Of a DNA stretch of 64,000 bases, positions 46,801-57,900 are shown piece by piece. A model generated the notes under the pieces. It searched no databases. It saw nothing but the letters and a program-made list of their open reading frames with translations, and had not been told where the DNA came from. Positions within the stretch are counted from its first letter, which is position 1. Each line of letters opens with the position of its first letter. The translations under genes and the position numbers were made by a program. Origin of the DNA: Scenedesmus sp. PABB004 (taxonomy: Eukaryota); NCBI GenBank assembly GCA_014905635.1, contig JABVCE010000005.1, positions 310,001 to 374,000 on the forward strand. The letters are read 5' to 3'.

Positions 46801-49282
46801 CCTGCCCTGGCGCGACGCGTGCAGTGTCACGTAGCCGCCCCCGGGTTGCCCTAGTCGATAATAGAACGGGTCGTCTTCGCCATAGCGCGGGCGGCAGAGC
46901 CACGTGTTGAGCGAAGACGCGCTGGCCGGCGGCTCGTAGTCTGGCTCGTAGTCTGGCGCCAGTGCCTTGAATGCCCAGCAGCGCGCGGACCTGGGCCACC
47001 TCGGGGTCGCTGAACGCGGCGACGTGGTAAAACCCGACTGGGTCGTCCAGCTGGCGGAGACCGCACACCCTGACGGCCCTGCCCACGGGCAAGCGTGACG
47101 TGACGCTGGCGTCCGTGTACTGCAGCTTGCAGTCGACCGTGCCCTTGCCCAAGCGCGTGCAGGGCGCAGGGCCGGTCGCGTTGTCGCAGGTCAGCTCCGT
47201 CGCGGCGCCCAGGGCGTCGTAGTGCGTGCAGCGCACGCGCGGGGGCGGCTCGCCGGGCCGCGCGAGCACGGCCGCGGACGCGTTGAGCACCGCGGCCAGC
47301 GTGTCGTTCTGCAGCGCGACGGCCGACGACAGCGCGTACGTCACGTTGACCGGCGCGCCCCAGAGCCCCGCGGCGTCGTTATCGGCGACAAACGCCCGCA
47401 TGTCCAGTTCAAACGCGTCGGCAATCGACGCGACCGTGTCGCCGGCCGCGGCGCGGTAGTGGACGCACGGGGCGCTGAGGTCGAGCACCTGGCCCGCGTC
47501 GATCAGCTCGACGCGCCGCGGGCGCCGCCAGGGCTGGACGTGGTGCGGGTCGTGCGCTGAGCCTGGCGGCGGCGCGCACTCCACGCCAAACGTCTGGTCT
47601 GGCGTGCCCACGCCTGGAGCCGGGCGGGCGGGCGGGGCGGGCGGCGGCGCAGTCAGGCGCGGGCCCGGCCGCCGCAGTGGGCTGCTGCACTGGGCCGGCG
47701 GCACGCGGCGCGCAGGGCAGCAGCGCCCGGTGCTGGCCGCCGTCGCCCTCGCCGCCGCCGCGCACCTGCGAGGCCCATCTTGACTCGCACGAGGCCGTCG
47801 AGCGTCACGCCGCGCGTGCGCGTCTGCCCCGGCGTGCGGCCGCCGCCCCAGCTGTTCAGGATCAGCCTGCGGCCGCGGCGGCGGCGGGGAACGGTGTGAG
47901 CGCGGCCTGGCCCGGCCTGAGAGCAGCTCAGCCGCGCCGCACCGCACCATGTGTAGTCGGTGTTTGAATAGCCCACGATCACCACGGCATGTCCAAAGGC
48001 CGGCTTGGCGCTCGCGTTGAAGCGGTACGGCGGCCACGCCTCGCCGGCCACGTCGCGCGCGGTCGCGTTGAACTGCACTTCCCAGTCGTCGTAGATGGTG
48101 ATGCGGCTGATGACGGCGCCGTGGTTGCGGATGTGCTGCTGGATCTGCGGGCGCACGCAGTCACACGCGGTCACGCGGCGGGCGTCCGACTGGCTGTGCA
48201 CCCCGCGCGCGCCGGGCGCCCGCAGCAGGGCCGGCGCCTGCCGCCACCACCCACCTGCCAGAACGTGCTCAGGGCAGTGTAGTTACAGTTGAGGTAGGGC
48301 CTGTCGGCACTGATGGCGCTGCACGCCGCTGCCGCGGCGTCGCAGGCCGCCCCCCAGCTGGTGCGTTCCGACTGCGCGTTGTCGTCGTTCAGCGGGCTGC
48401 CAGTGCCGAGGCAGCTGTCCGGGCGGATGAGCTCCCGCGCCTCATCAATCTGCGGCGGCGGCGCGGGCACGCTCGGCGCCCTGGCGCGACCCGGGCAAGG
48501 CGCGGGGCCCGCCTGCCCACGGCTTGCGCGCGCGCGCGCACCGCGAGGTGAAGCTGCTCCTGGATGCCAAACCCTGCCGGGCGAGCGCGCGCGCGGTCGG
48601 GCGCGTCGGCGGCGGGGTGGCGCAGCGCGCACAGCGCGCACAGCACGCGCCGCCGAGCCGCCGCCGCCGCTGCTGCCGCGCGCGCGCACCGGTCTTGCAC
48701 GACCGGCCGCCCGTGGTGCAGAAAAACAAGGACGGCGCGCTGACAGCCCAGGCCCGGGGGTCGACCTGCTGCGTCGCCGCCGCCGACATGCTGATCGCCG
48801 TCGCGGCCGCGTGCGCGACGCAGGTCGAGCACTCGCGCTGGTCGCGCGGCGGCGGCACAAACGCGTTGCAGTCGCTCCGGCGCCACACGCGGCCGCTCGG
48901 CGCCCCGGACCGCACGGCCAGCGAATCGCACGTCCCAAAGTCCTTCGCCGCGCCCGCCAGAAAGTAGACGCCGCGCTGCAGCGCCTTGAGACGATCGATG
49001 TCGGTGAATGTGGTGCTCCCCGTGCGCGTGCCGCCGCGGCCGCCGTTGCCGCGGCCGCCGGTCGAGTCGGCGGCCAGGGCGAGCGCCTCCTCGAACGCGT
49101 CGAACTCGCTCGCGGTCGCCGCCTCCCCAGCGCCCAGTTGCTCGCTGCTCGCGTCGAGGCCCTGGCCCGCCGTGTCGTGGGCGGGCGAGCAGCAGCAGCG
49201 TCACCGCGCACAGGGCCGCACGGCGGCGCGGCGTCACTGCAGGCCGCTGCTTCGCCGCCGCCGCTGCCGGCCCTGCTGCCAT
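43856..49282 (-). CDS. Secreted papain-family (C1A) protease + LysM + multiple LRR blocks; two +1 frameshifts as assembled
   Basis: Signal-like ALCAVTLLLLA; PPRDQRECSTCVAHA, FGHAVVIVGY, LILNSWG; HYRAAAGDTVASIADAFELDMRAFVADN; many LxxLxLxxNxLxGxLPxxW repeats; no TM seen. Confidence 0.8.
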
Positions 49283-49742
49283 CGTGGCCACGCCCGTCAG
49301 CTGGCGCGAATTCCGTGGCGCGCGCGTGGCGCGGCGGCGGCGGTGGTTGATTGGCCTACGAGCCCTGGCGGGCGGGGCGACGTGCGCGTCCGCTCCCGGT
49401 CTCCGCGCCGGCTGTGGCTTCCGTGCTGGCCAGGCGCCGCTCCTGGAGGTCTGTCGGCAGTTCTTGGTGCGGTGGCGGTGCTGCGCTGGCTCGTCGGGTG
49501 GTCGGGCGCGCCGGGCGAGCTTTATATCGGCCGTGCCTGGTTTCGAGAGCGAGAGCTCGGTGGTGCGGGTGCGTGCGCGTGTCGGCGCCGCGTCTTTGTC
49601 TCTGCTTGGCCTGCTTGCGTGCTCCCAGGGCACGCGCGGCGGCTGCGGCGCGTCGGGGCAACCGCGTCAGAAGCGCGCGTGCCGCTGCACCGCTCGCACC
49701 ACCATCTCCCTGGACCGGCCCCCGTACACCTGGCGCTGCAGC

Positions 49743-52611
49743 TCAGTTGGGCGCCTTCATCAGCGTGCCGCCCCGCCCGAGCGCCGCGGCCGCCACCCCG
49801 TCGCCGCAGCCGCTGGCCAGCCAGGGCGCCGCCGCGGCCTGGCCGACCGCGCGCAGCACCACGGCGAGCAGCGCCTGGTTGGCCCGGCCGAGCACGCCCG
49901 CTGCTTGGCGGCCAGTCCCGGCCGCCGCGAGCTGTGCGGCCACCTCTGGAACCGAGAGCAGGTGCTCGACCTCCACGCAGAACGCGGCGTGGACCTCCGC
50001 CGCAGCGCCCGCGACGCGCGCCAGCAGCTCGGCGAGCACGCAGCCGTGGCGGTGCGCGAGCACCGCCGCCGCGCCGCCGCCGCCGTCGCGCGCGCGCGCG
50101 GCGTCCTGCAGGGCGCACAGGAAGCGCAGGAAGGAGCCGCGCAGCAGCGCCGCGAGGTGGGCACGCGGCGCGCGCTGCACCGCCGCCAGGACCAGCCGGC
50201 CCGCGGCGCCGGGGTCGGGGCCGGCCGCCGCGGCCTCGTGCTCCGCGAGGCTCATGATCTCGTGGAGGCAGCCAGTCAGCGCGTCAAGCTGCCGCGACGT
50301 GGCCGTCGAGCCCCCGCGCGCCCACCACAGCACGTCGGCCGCTGCCCCGGCGGCGCCGCTCGGCGGCGCCAGCGAGCCGCGCAGCTCCGGCGGGGCGTCA
50401 GGCAGGTGAAGCGTCAGCAGCGTCGCCAGCAGCTGCTGCGTGGCGGCGCGGAAGGTCCAGGGGCTGCCGGCGCTGGCGGGCTGTGCGGCTCCCGGCGCCA
50501 GCGCCTGGCGGCGGGCGGGCCAGCCGAGGCGGGTGCGTGAGTGGCCACGACTGCCCAAACGCGCCGCGCGCTGTCGTTGGCACACCTTGTCCGACAGCCA
50601 GTTCGCGCGGCCGCTGCAGCCCTCCGAAAAGCCCAGCTGCAGGTGGAGCCACTCCAGGACCAGCGCCACCTTTCGCCCCGCCAGCCGCGCCGCGAGGCGG
50701 CCCGCGAGCCGCTCCCAGCGCAGCACCACGGTGGCCTCGGCCAGCGTGCCGCCGCCGTCCGCGTCGCCGTCGCTGTCGCTGCTGCATCGGTCAGCGCCGG
50801 CGTCGGCGAGCAGGCCGGGCGCGGACTGCGGCGGCGGCCACGAGCGGCCTTGGCGCGCCAGCCATGTCTCAGCAGCTGAGCGCGCGCGGCGCAGCGGCGG
50901 CCCCGCCCGCGGCCGCGCTCGCTGGCCCACCTTGCTGGCGCGGCCGCCACTGCCCACAAACGCGTAGCTCGTGGCCGCGAGGGGCGACAGGCTCAGCGGG
51001 TCTGCGTGGTAAGTGGCCCCGCGCTCCAGCGGCTGCCGCAGGCCCGCGGCTGCGCTGGCCGACCGCCGCGCCGCGTGCGCGGCGGCGGCGGCGTGCGAGC
51101 GCGCGATGCGCAGCGCGGCGTCCAGCGCCGACCTGCGCCGGCGGCGGGGCGCGTGTCACCCGCGGCGCTCGCTCGCACAGCCCAGGGCGGCTCAGCCGTG
51201 CGGCTCGCCTGAAGCACACGCGCGAGCCGGCGGTCAGCTGGAGGCGCCGCAGCAACCGCCGCGGCCGCCCCGGATAGGCCAGCGCCGGCGCCCACAGCAC
51301 GGGGCGCCCCCGCCAGGCCTCCAGGCGCCCGGGCTGCGCGGGGTTTTGGATCGGCGGCAGCCCATCAGGAAACATGTTGACCAGCGCGCCCCACGAGGTC
51401 AGCCGCGCCAGCAGGAAGGCCAGCACGTCTGAGTTGGCGAAAAACTCGGCCTGCAGCGCGGCGACCTGGTCTGGCTTGCTGGCGCTCGCCAGCTCCAGCG
51501 CCAGCTGCCGCACGCACGCGGCGTCGCCGTCGTCGTACAGGCTGCACGGCCGCAGGAGGCCGCCTGCCAGCCCCCAGAACAGGCCGCGCGCGGCGGCGGC
51601 TGAGTGCTGCGCGTAAGGCGACCCGCCGCGCGCCCGCTGCACGGGCGCCTGCTGCGTCTGGGGCGCCTGGCAGCGCGCCGCCGGCGGCGGCAGCCACGCG
51701 GGCAGCAGGTCGTCGCCCCGCGCGCCGCCCGGCGCCGCTGCGTCGGCGCTGAGCGCCGCCCGGACGTGCGCTCCGAGCCACGCGCGGCGCAGGTGGAACC
51801 ACAGGCAGCTCGCCCGCTCGACGGTGAGCAGCTGCAGAACGTAGCTGCTGTCTTCCTCTCGCTGCTGGTGCTGCTGCTGGTGCTGCTGGTGCAGCTGGTG
51901 CGGCTGCGGCTGAAGCGACTGCTGCTGCTGGTGGTGCTGGAGCTGCTGCGGCGGCAGCTGCTGCTGCTGCAGGGCAGTGAGCTCGGCACGGCCAGCTTGG
52001 CTGATGGCCTCCGCCGTCAGCCGCTCTTTGCAGCGAGCGCCGGCAGCTGACCAGGGCGCAGCGGCGGCCGGCATGGCGCTGCCGACGCCAGCGGCTGCTC
52101 CCTCTGCTGCCGCGAGCGGTCGGCTGCACAGCCGTCGACTCTGGCCGCCGCCGTCGCCGCGGCCGCCGCCGCCGCCGCGGCCGCCGCCGCCGCCGCCGCC
52201 GCCGCCGCAGGCTGGCGGCTCCTGCGCCGGCCAGACGCTGATGCGCGCGGCGCGGGCCGGCCGGTGCTCGGCGGCGCGCGCGTCGCTGGCCAGGTCGGCC
52301 ACGTCCAGCTCGTCGCGCTCCAGGTCGGCGATCGACAGGAGGGGCACCTCTAGCAACACGCTGCTGCCCTCGCGGCTCGGCGCGCCCACCGCCAGCAGGA
52401 ACAGGCTCCAGTCGGTGACCGCCGCATACAGGAAGCGGCGGCCGAGCGCCGCGCGCGGCGGCCCGAGCGGCGGCCGCGGCGCGAAAGGCGCCAGCAGGCC
52501 CGCGAGCTCCACGTGCCGCACCCGCCCCCGCACCGCCGCCGGCAGGCCCGCCAGCAGCTTGGCGGCCTGCGCGCCGCGCACAAAGTCGCCGGGCGCGGCC
52601 GCGCCGTCCAT
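49743..52611 (-). CDS. Uncharacterised protein, DUF4551/C12orf56-like
   Basis: ORFs 50869..52611 and 49743..50957; blocks LYAAVTDWSLFL, LQLLTVERASCLWFHLRRAW and FFANSDVLAFLLARL resemble the family from memory only. Confidence 0.5.
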
Positions 52612-53102
52612 GCCGCGCGCTCGTCGAGCCGAGCGCGCGGCCGGTCAACGCCGCAGCCGCCGCACGACGGCTGCTGCGCCGGCTTGCGCGGGCGGGCGGG
52701 GGCGCGTTGCACACGCGATGGAGGCGCCAGGCGGGCGCTGCGCGGCACGCCCGCCGCCGAGCGCGCGCTGCCGGCGGCGACGCGGACGCGCGGTGGCGGC
52801 GGCGCCGCGGTCGCGCGGCCGCTGCGTCGCCGTGGTCGCCGGAGAGCGCTTGGACATGGGCCGTGGACGAGCAGCGCCGCGCGGGCGCCAGGCGCAGCGC
52901 GAGGGCTCGCCGAAGCCCGGGGGGCGCGGCCCCGGCGCTGCCCCGCCCCCGTCCGCTCGCGCCCCGGCGCTCCCCACACTCTCCCCCAACGCCGCGAAGC
53001 CGCGGCCGGCGTCGTGCGCCCTCGCCACGATGACAGCGCCGGCGAGCTCTCCTCGCCGGGGCCCCCAGGCCGCGCGTGGGCTGGGCGGGCGGTGGATCTG
53101 AG

Positions 53103-54901
53103 ATGCGCGCGCTTGCCATGCGCCATGCGCGCCGCCGCGCCGGCGGCGGCAGCGGCGGCACCGGCGCGCCGGCGGCCGCGCCGCTGCTGCCGCTGCTCCT
53201 GGCGGTGCTGCTCCTGCTGGCGCCCGCGCGTGGCGGGGCGGCCGCCCCGGCCGCAGCGCCGCCAGCAGCGCGGCCAGCGGCGGCAGCGGCGCCAGCGGCG
53301 GCGGCGGCGGCACCGGCGGCGCCGACCACGTGCCCCGGGCTGGACGGCGGCGTCTGCGGCGCGGCGTGCCAGCGGGTGACGTGCGAGGCGCTGGCCGGGT
53401 TCTACAAGGCCACGTTCAACGCGAGCAAGCCGCTCGACACGCCGAGCTGGGCGAACAGCGACGTGCGGCGGCTGCCGCGGCGGCGCGGCGCTGCCCGCCC
53501 CGCGCGGGTGCAGCCGGCGCAGCCGGCGCAGCCGGCCGCCGCCGACCCCGCCGCCGCCGCCGCTGCGCCGCGCAGGGCTGGGCGCTGACGAAGCGGCAGT
53601 CGTGCGCGCAGCTGCTGGCGCGGCGGGGCGCGGCGCCGAGCTACTGCGGCTGGTACGGCGTGGACTGCTGCACGCCCGACGAGCTCGCGGCGCGCGCGTG
53701 CGCGGGCGTGAACGGCGTGGCGGGGCTGCGCGTGCCCGTGAACGGCCTCAACGCCAGCGTCGGCAGCCCCGGCATGGTCGACAACCTGCTGCAGCTGCAC
53801 GCGTGCGGGCTCACGGCCCTACGCCTGCAGGGCAACGGTGTGCGCGCGCGCGGGTGGCTGCGCGCGCACGCACACGGCACGCGCGCGCTGGGGCGGGTGG
53901 ATGCGGGCGCGCGGCGATGGGGCGGCAGCAGCGGCGGGCGACGTGCCCGCGGCGGCGGCGGCGGCTGGCCGACGCGGGCGCGGCCCGACCGCGCCGCCGC
54001 CGCCGCCTCTGCCGCCGCCCAGATCTGAGCGGCGAAATGACTGACGACTGGGGCAGGCTCACCAACCTCACGCACCTGGACCTCTGTGAGCGGCGGCGGC
54101 TGGGGGCGCGGCGGGCGCGCGCGCGGCGTACGGCCCGCGCGGCGCGCCGGGGCGGCCGCGCGCCGCCGCACCGCCAGGCCCGCCGCCCACCGCCGCCCGC
54201 CGCGCCGCCGCCGGCCGCCGCGCCGCCGCCCGCGCCCCGCGTCATCAGCCAACAACTGGCTCAACGGCACCATCCCCTCGGCGCTGCTCTCGCTGAGCCG
54301 GCTGGAGCTCCTCGCGCTGGGGAATAACTTCTTCCAGGGCCCGCTGCCGCCGTGGCTGGGCAAGCTGTCGGCGCTGCGCACGCTCGCGCTGGGGGCCAAC
54401 GTGGGCCTCAACCCCGACGGCCGCCAGGGCCTGACGGGCACCATCCCCGAGGCGCTCGCGGAGCTGCCCGCGCTGAGCGTGCTGGACCTCGGCACCAACG
54501 CGCTCTCGGGCGCCCTCCCGGGCGGGCTGTGCGGCGTGCACCGCACGCTCACGGTCGTGAAGCTGCGCGCCAACGCGCTCACCGGCCGCGCGACGCAGCT
54601 GGCAAACTGCAGCGCGCTCACGCAGCTCGACATCAGCGGCAACCGCTTCTCCGGCCTCGTCCCCGCGTCGCAGTCGCTGACCTCGCTCGCCGTGCTCGAC
54701 GCGTCGGGCAACGAGTTTGAGGGCGCCATCCCCGCCGCCATCTACGGCCTGCCCGTCCTCGCGTTCCTCAACCTCGGACGAAACAAGTGGGCGGCCCGCG
54801 CGCGCGCCGCGCGCGCGCGGCGGAGGCGGCGGAGGCGGGCAAGGCGGGGGCGAGCGCGCCCGCGCGCGCGCGCGCGACGACCTCGGGCGCTGCCGGGCTG
54901 A

Positions 54902-54955
<54 letters not shown>

Positions 54956-57900
54956 GCGTCAGGCTGACGGGGCACATCGAGCGCGGCATCACGCTCAACC
55001 AGTTCCTCACTGAGCTCATACTCGCGCACAACCAGGCACGCACGGCGCCAGCCGCGCCGCGGCGCGGCGCGGCGGCGCTCGGCGCGGCGGCCCGCAGCGC
55101 CTTTGGGCGGCGCGGCTGCGCGCCCGGACCACCCCGCGGCCGCCGCGTCACGCGACCCACCGCCGCCGCCGCCGCCGCCGCGCCGCCGCCGCGCCCGCCG
55201 CCGTGCAGCTGACGGGCCCAATCGACGAGAACCTGTGGTTCCTGCCGCAGCTGCGCCTGCTCGACATCAGCCACAACAGCCTCACCGGCACGCTCAGCGT
55301 GGCGATCGGGTGCGCGCCGCGCCGCCGCGCCGCGCCCAGCGCCCAGCGCACTCGCCGCCCACCGCTCACCGCGCGCTGCCCGCCCACCCGCCGCAACGTC
55401 CGCGCGCGGCGCGCCCGCAGGCTGTCGTTCAACCTGGTTGAGGTCGGCCTGGACACCAACCGCCAGCTCAGCGGCGCGCTGCCGCCCGAGATGGGCATCC
55501 TGGCCGGCCTGCGCATCGTGGACGTGCGCAACTCGAGCATGTCGTGCCTCGGCGCAGGCGCCGACGCCGCGCCCGGCGCGCCCGGCGGCGCGGCCGCGCG
55601 GCGCTGCGGCGCCGACGAGCTGCTGCCCTGCTTCCTCACATTCAGCAAGCTCACGCTGCCGCGGACGGACCAGAGCAACATGGCCTGCCCCGTCATCCTG
55701 CGCCGCCCCGCGGCCGAGGCGGTCGCCGCGTGCGAGGGCGGCGGGCCGATGCAGCTCGCGGAGCAGGCGGTCAACCTGGCAGTGGTGACCGAGGAGCAGC
55801 AGTGGCTGCTCGACCCTGACTACTATCAGTATCGGGGCTGCCGCTGCCTCGAGGTGCGGCCGCGGCGCTAGCGGCCGCGCGGCGCCGGCGGCCGCGCGGC
55901 GCCGGCGGCGCACAGGCCGCCCGCGCGCGCGCCTGCCGACCTCTGCCGACCGCCGCCGCAGGGGTACCGTGAGGTGTGGGAGAGCGGCGAGACGGCGCTG
56001 CACTGCGAGCCCGAGGTCCACAAGCTGCCGGCCTGGGTGGTCCCGACCGCGGCGGTCGCCGCCGTCTGCGCCGCGATGCTGCTTGCCGCGGTCGCGCTGC
56101 TCGTGTGGCTGCGCATGGCGGTGCAGCTGCGCCCGCGCTGGCAGCGCGAGAAGGAGCTCGCCGCCAACCGGCGCAAGGGCGTGCCGCGCGGCGCGGCGGC
56201 CCTGGTGGTCACCGACATCGAGAAATTCTCAGGTGCGCCCCGCGCGGGCTGGCGTGGCGCCGCGCGCCGCGCGGGCTGGCGTCGGCGCCGCGCCGCGCGC
56301 CGCGCTGGCGGCAGCGCGGCGTGCGGCCGCTGAGCCGCCCCGCCCCGCCCCGCCCCGCCCCGTGCGCCGCGCGCCGGTCCGGCCCGGTCCACGCCGCAGA
56401 GCTGATGACCATCAACGCCCCGCTCACCACCAAGGCGCTGGGCATGCACAACGGCATCCTGCGCCGCACCGCCGCGGCGCACGCGGGGCACGTGGTGGAG
56501 CAGGAGGGCGACAGCTGGAGCATCGCCTTCCACACGCCCATGGACGCGCTCGCGTTCTGCCTCCAGGCGCAGCAGGCGCTCGAAAAGACAAACTGGCAGC
56601 TCGACCTCGACACGGGGCGCATGCACCGCGGCTCCAGCGCCGGCACCGGCGGCACCGGCGGGTCGACGCCGGACCTCGGCAACCGCAGCATCATCGACCG
56701 GCAGCAGCACTACTCGCAGCCGCTCACGCTCAACACCTGGGGCGGCTCCGACCGCCCCGCGGCGACGCCGTCGGCGCCCGCGCTGGGCACGGGCTGGACG
56801 GCGCGGCGCAGGGCCGCCTGCGTGAGTCCAAGAGCACCGGCGGCGGCATGGCCGGCCTGGACGAGGAGGCTGTGGTAGTGGAGGCCCCGGACGCCCCGCC
56901 GCTGCGCTCGGCGAGCGGCGCCAGCGCCGGCGCGCTGCTGGCGCCGGCCGACGCTCGGCGCAGCGGCAGCTGGACCGAGCAGGCGACCGGCGCCGCGCGG
57001 CGCGGCGGCGGCGCCGGGGCGCTGTCGTCCAGCGGCGCGCGGCTGCAGCAGCTGCTGGCGGGGCGCGAAACCTCGAGCAGCAGCCTGGCCGGCAGCAGCA
57101 GCGAGCCCCTGGGCGTGCCCAACGGCGCGCTCGGCGGCGCGCCGAGGGCGGCGTCAGCCACGGGCGGCATGGGCGGCCTGCTGCACGGCCTGCGCGTGCG
57201 CCTGCGCTCGGCCAGCAGCACCGGCAGCGGCAGCGTGGGCGACGGCCCGCCCCCGAGTGGCCTGAGCGCCGGCAGCTTCGGCGGCCGGGCAAGCAGCATG
57301 GATACCAGCGGCCGCGGCGGCACCGCCGCGCTGGCCCGGGGCCGGCCGAGCGCCGGCAGCACCGTCGCGTTTTCCACGCTGCCGCCCGGTGCGATCGCCG
57401 GCGGCGCGGGAGCCGCCGGCGCGGCCGCCGGCGGCGCGGGCGCCGGCAGCGCCACCAACCAGGCGGGGTCTGGCAGCGCGGGCCGCTTCTGGTCGCGCCT
57501 CGGGCTGGGCACCGGCAGCCGCGGCGCGCTCGGCGTGCAGGGCCTGCGCGTGCGCATGGGCGTCGCCAGCGGCGTCGTGCCCCTCAACACCAACATCTGC
57601 CGCTCGGCGCTCTACACGCTGGCCAAGGGTGCGCGCCCGCCCCGGGCCGCCGCGCCGCGCGCTCGCGCGCGCCGCCGTCCCCGCCGCCTGCGGGACTGCC
57701 CGCGTGCCTGCCCCCCGCCCACTCCCAACATCCCGCGCCGCCGCCCGGCGCGCAGCCGTGTGCGACATGGCGCAGGGCGGGCAGGTGCTGCTGGAGGCGC
57801 GCTGCTTCGCCGAGGTGCGTGACCGCCTGCCGGAGCTGGGCACGATCGACCACCGGGGCTACAACGACAAGCTCCTCGCCAGCACCACGAAGACGCTCAT

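Noticed and set aside
44900..47100. Endogenous virus or retroelement in the lower-GC stretch
   Set aside because: It translates to LRR repeats continuous with the flanking gene; no RT, capsid or integrase motifs.
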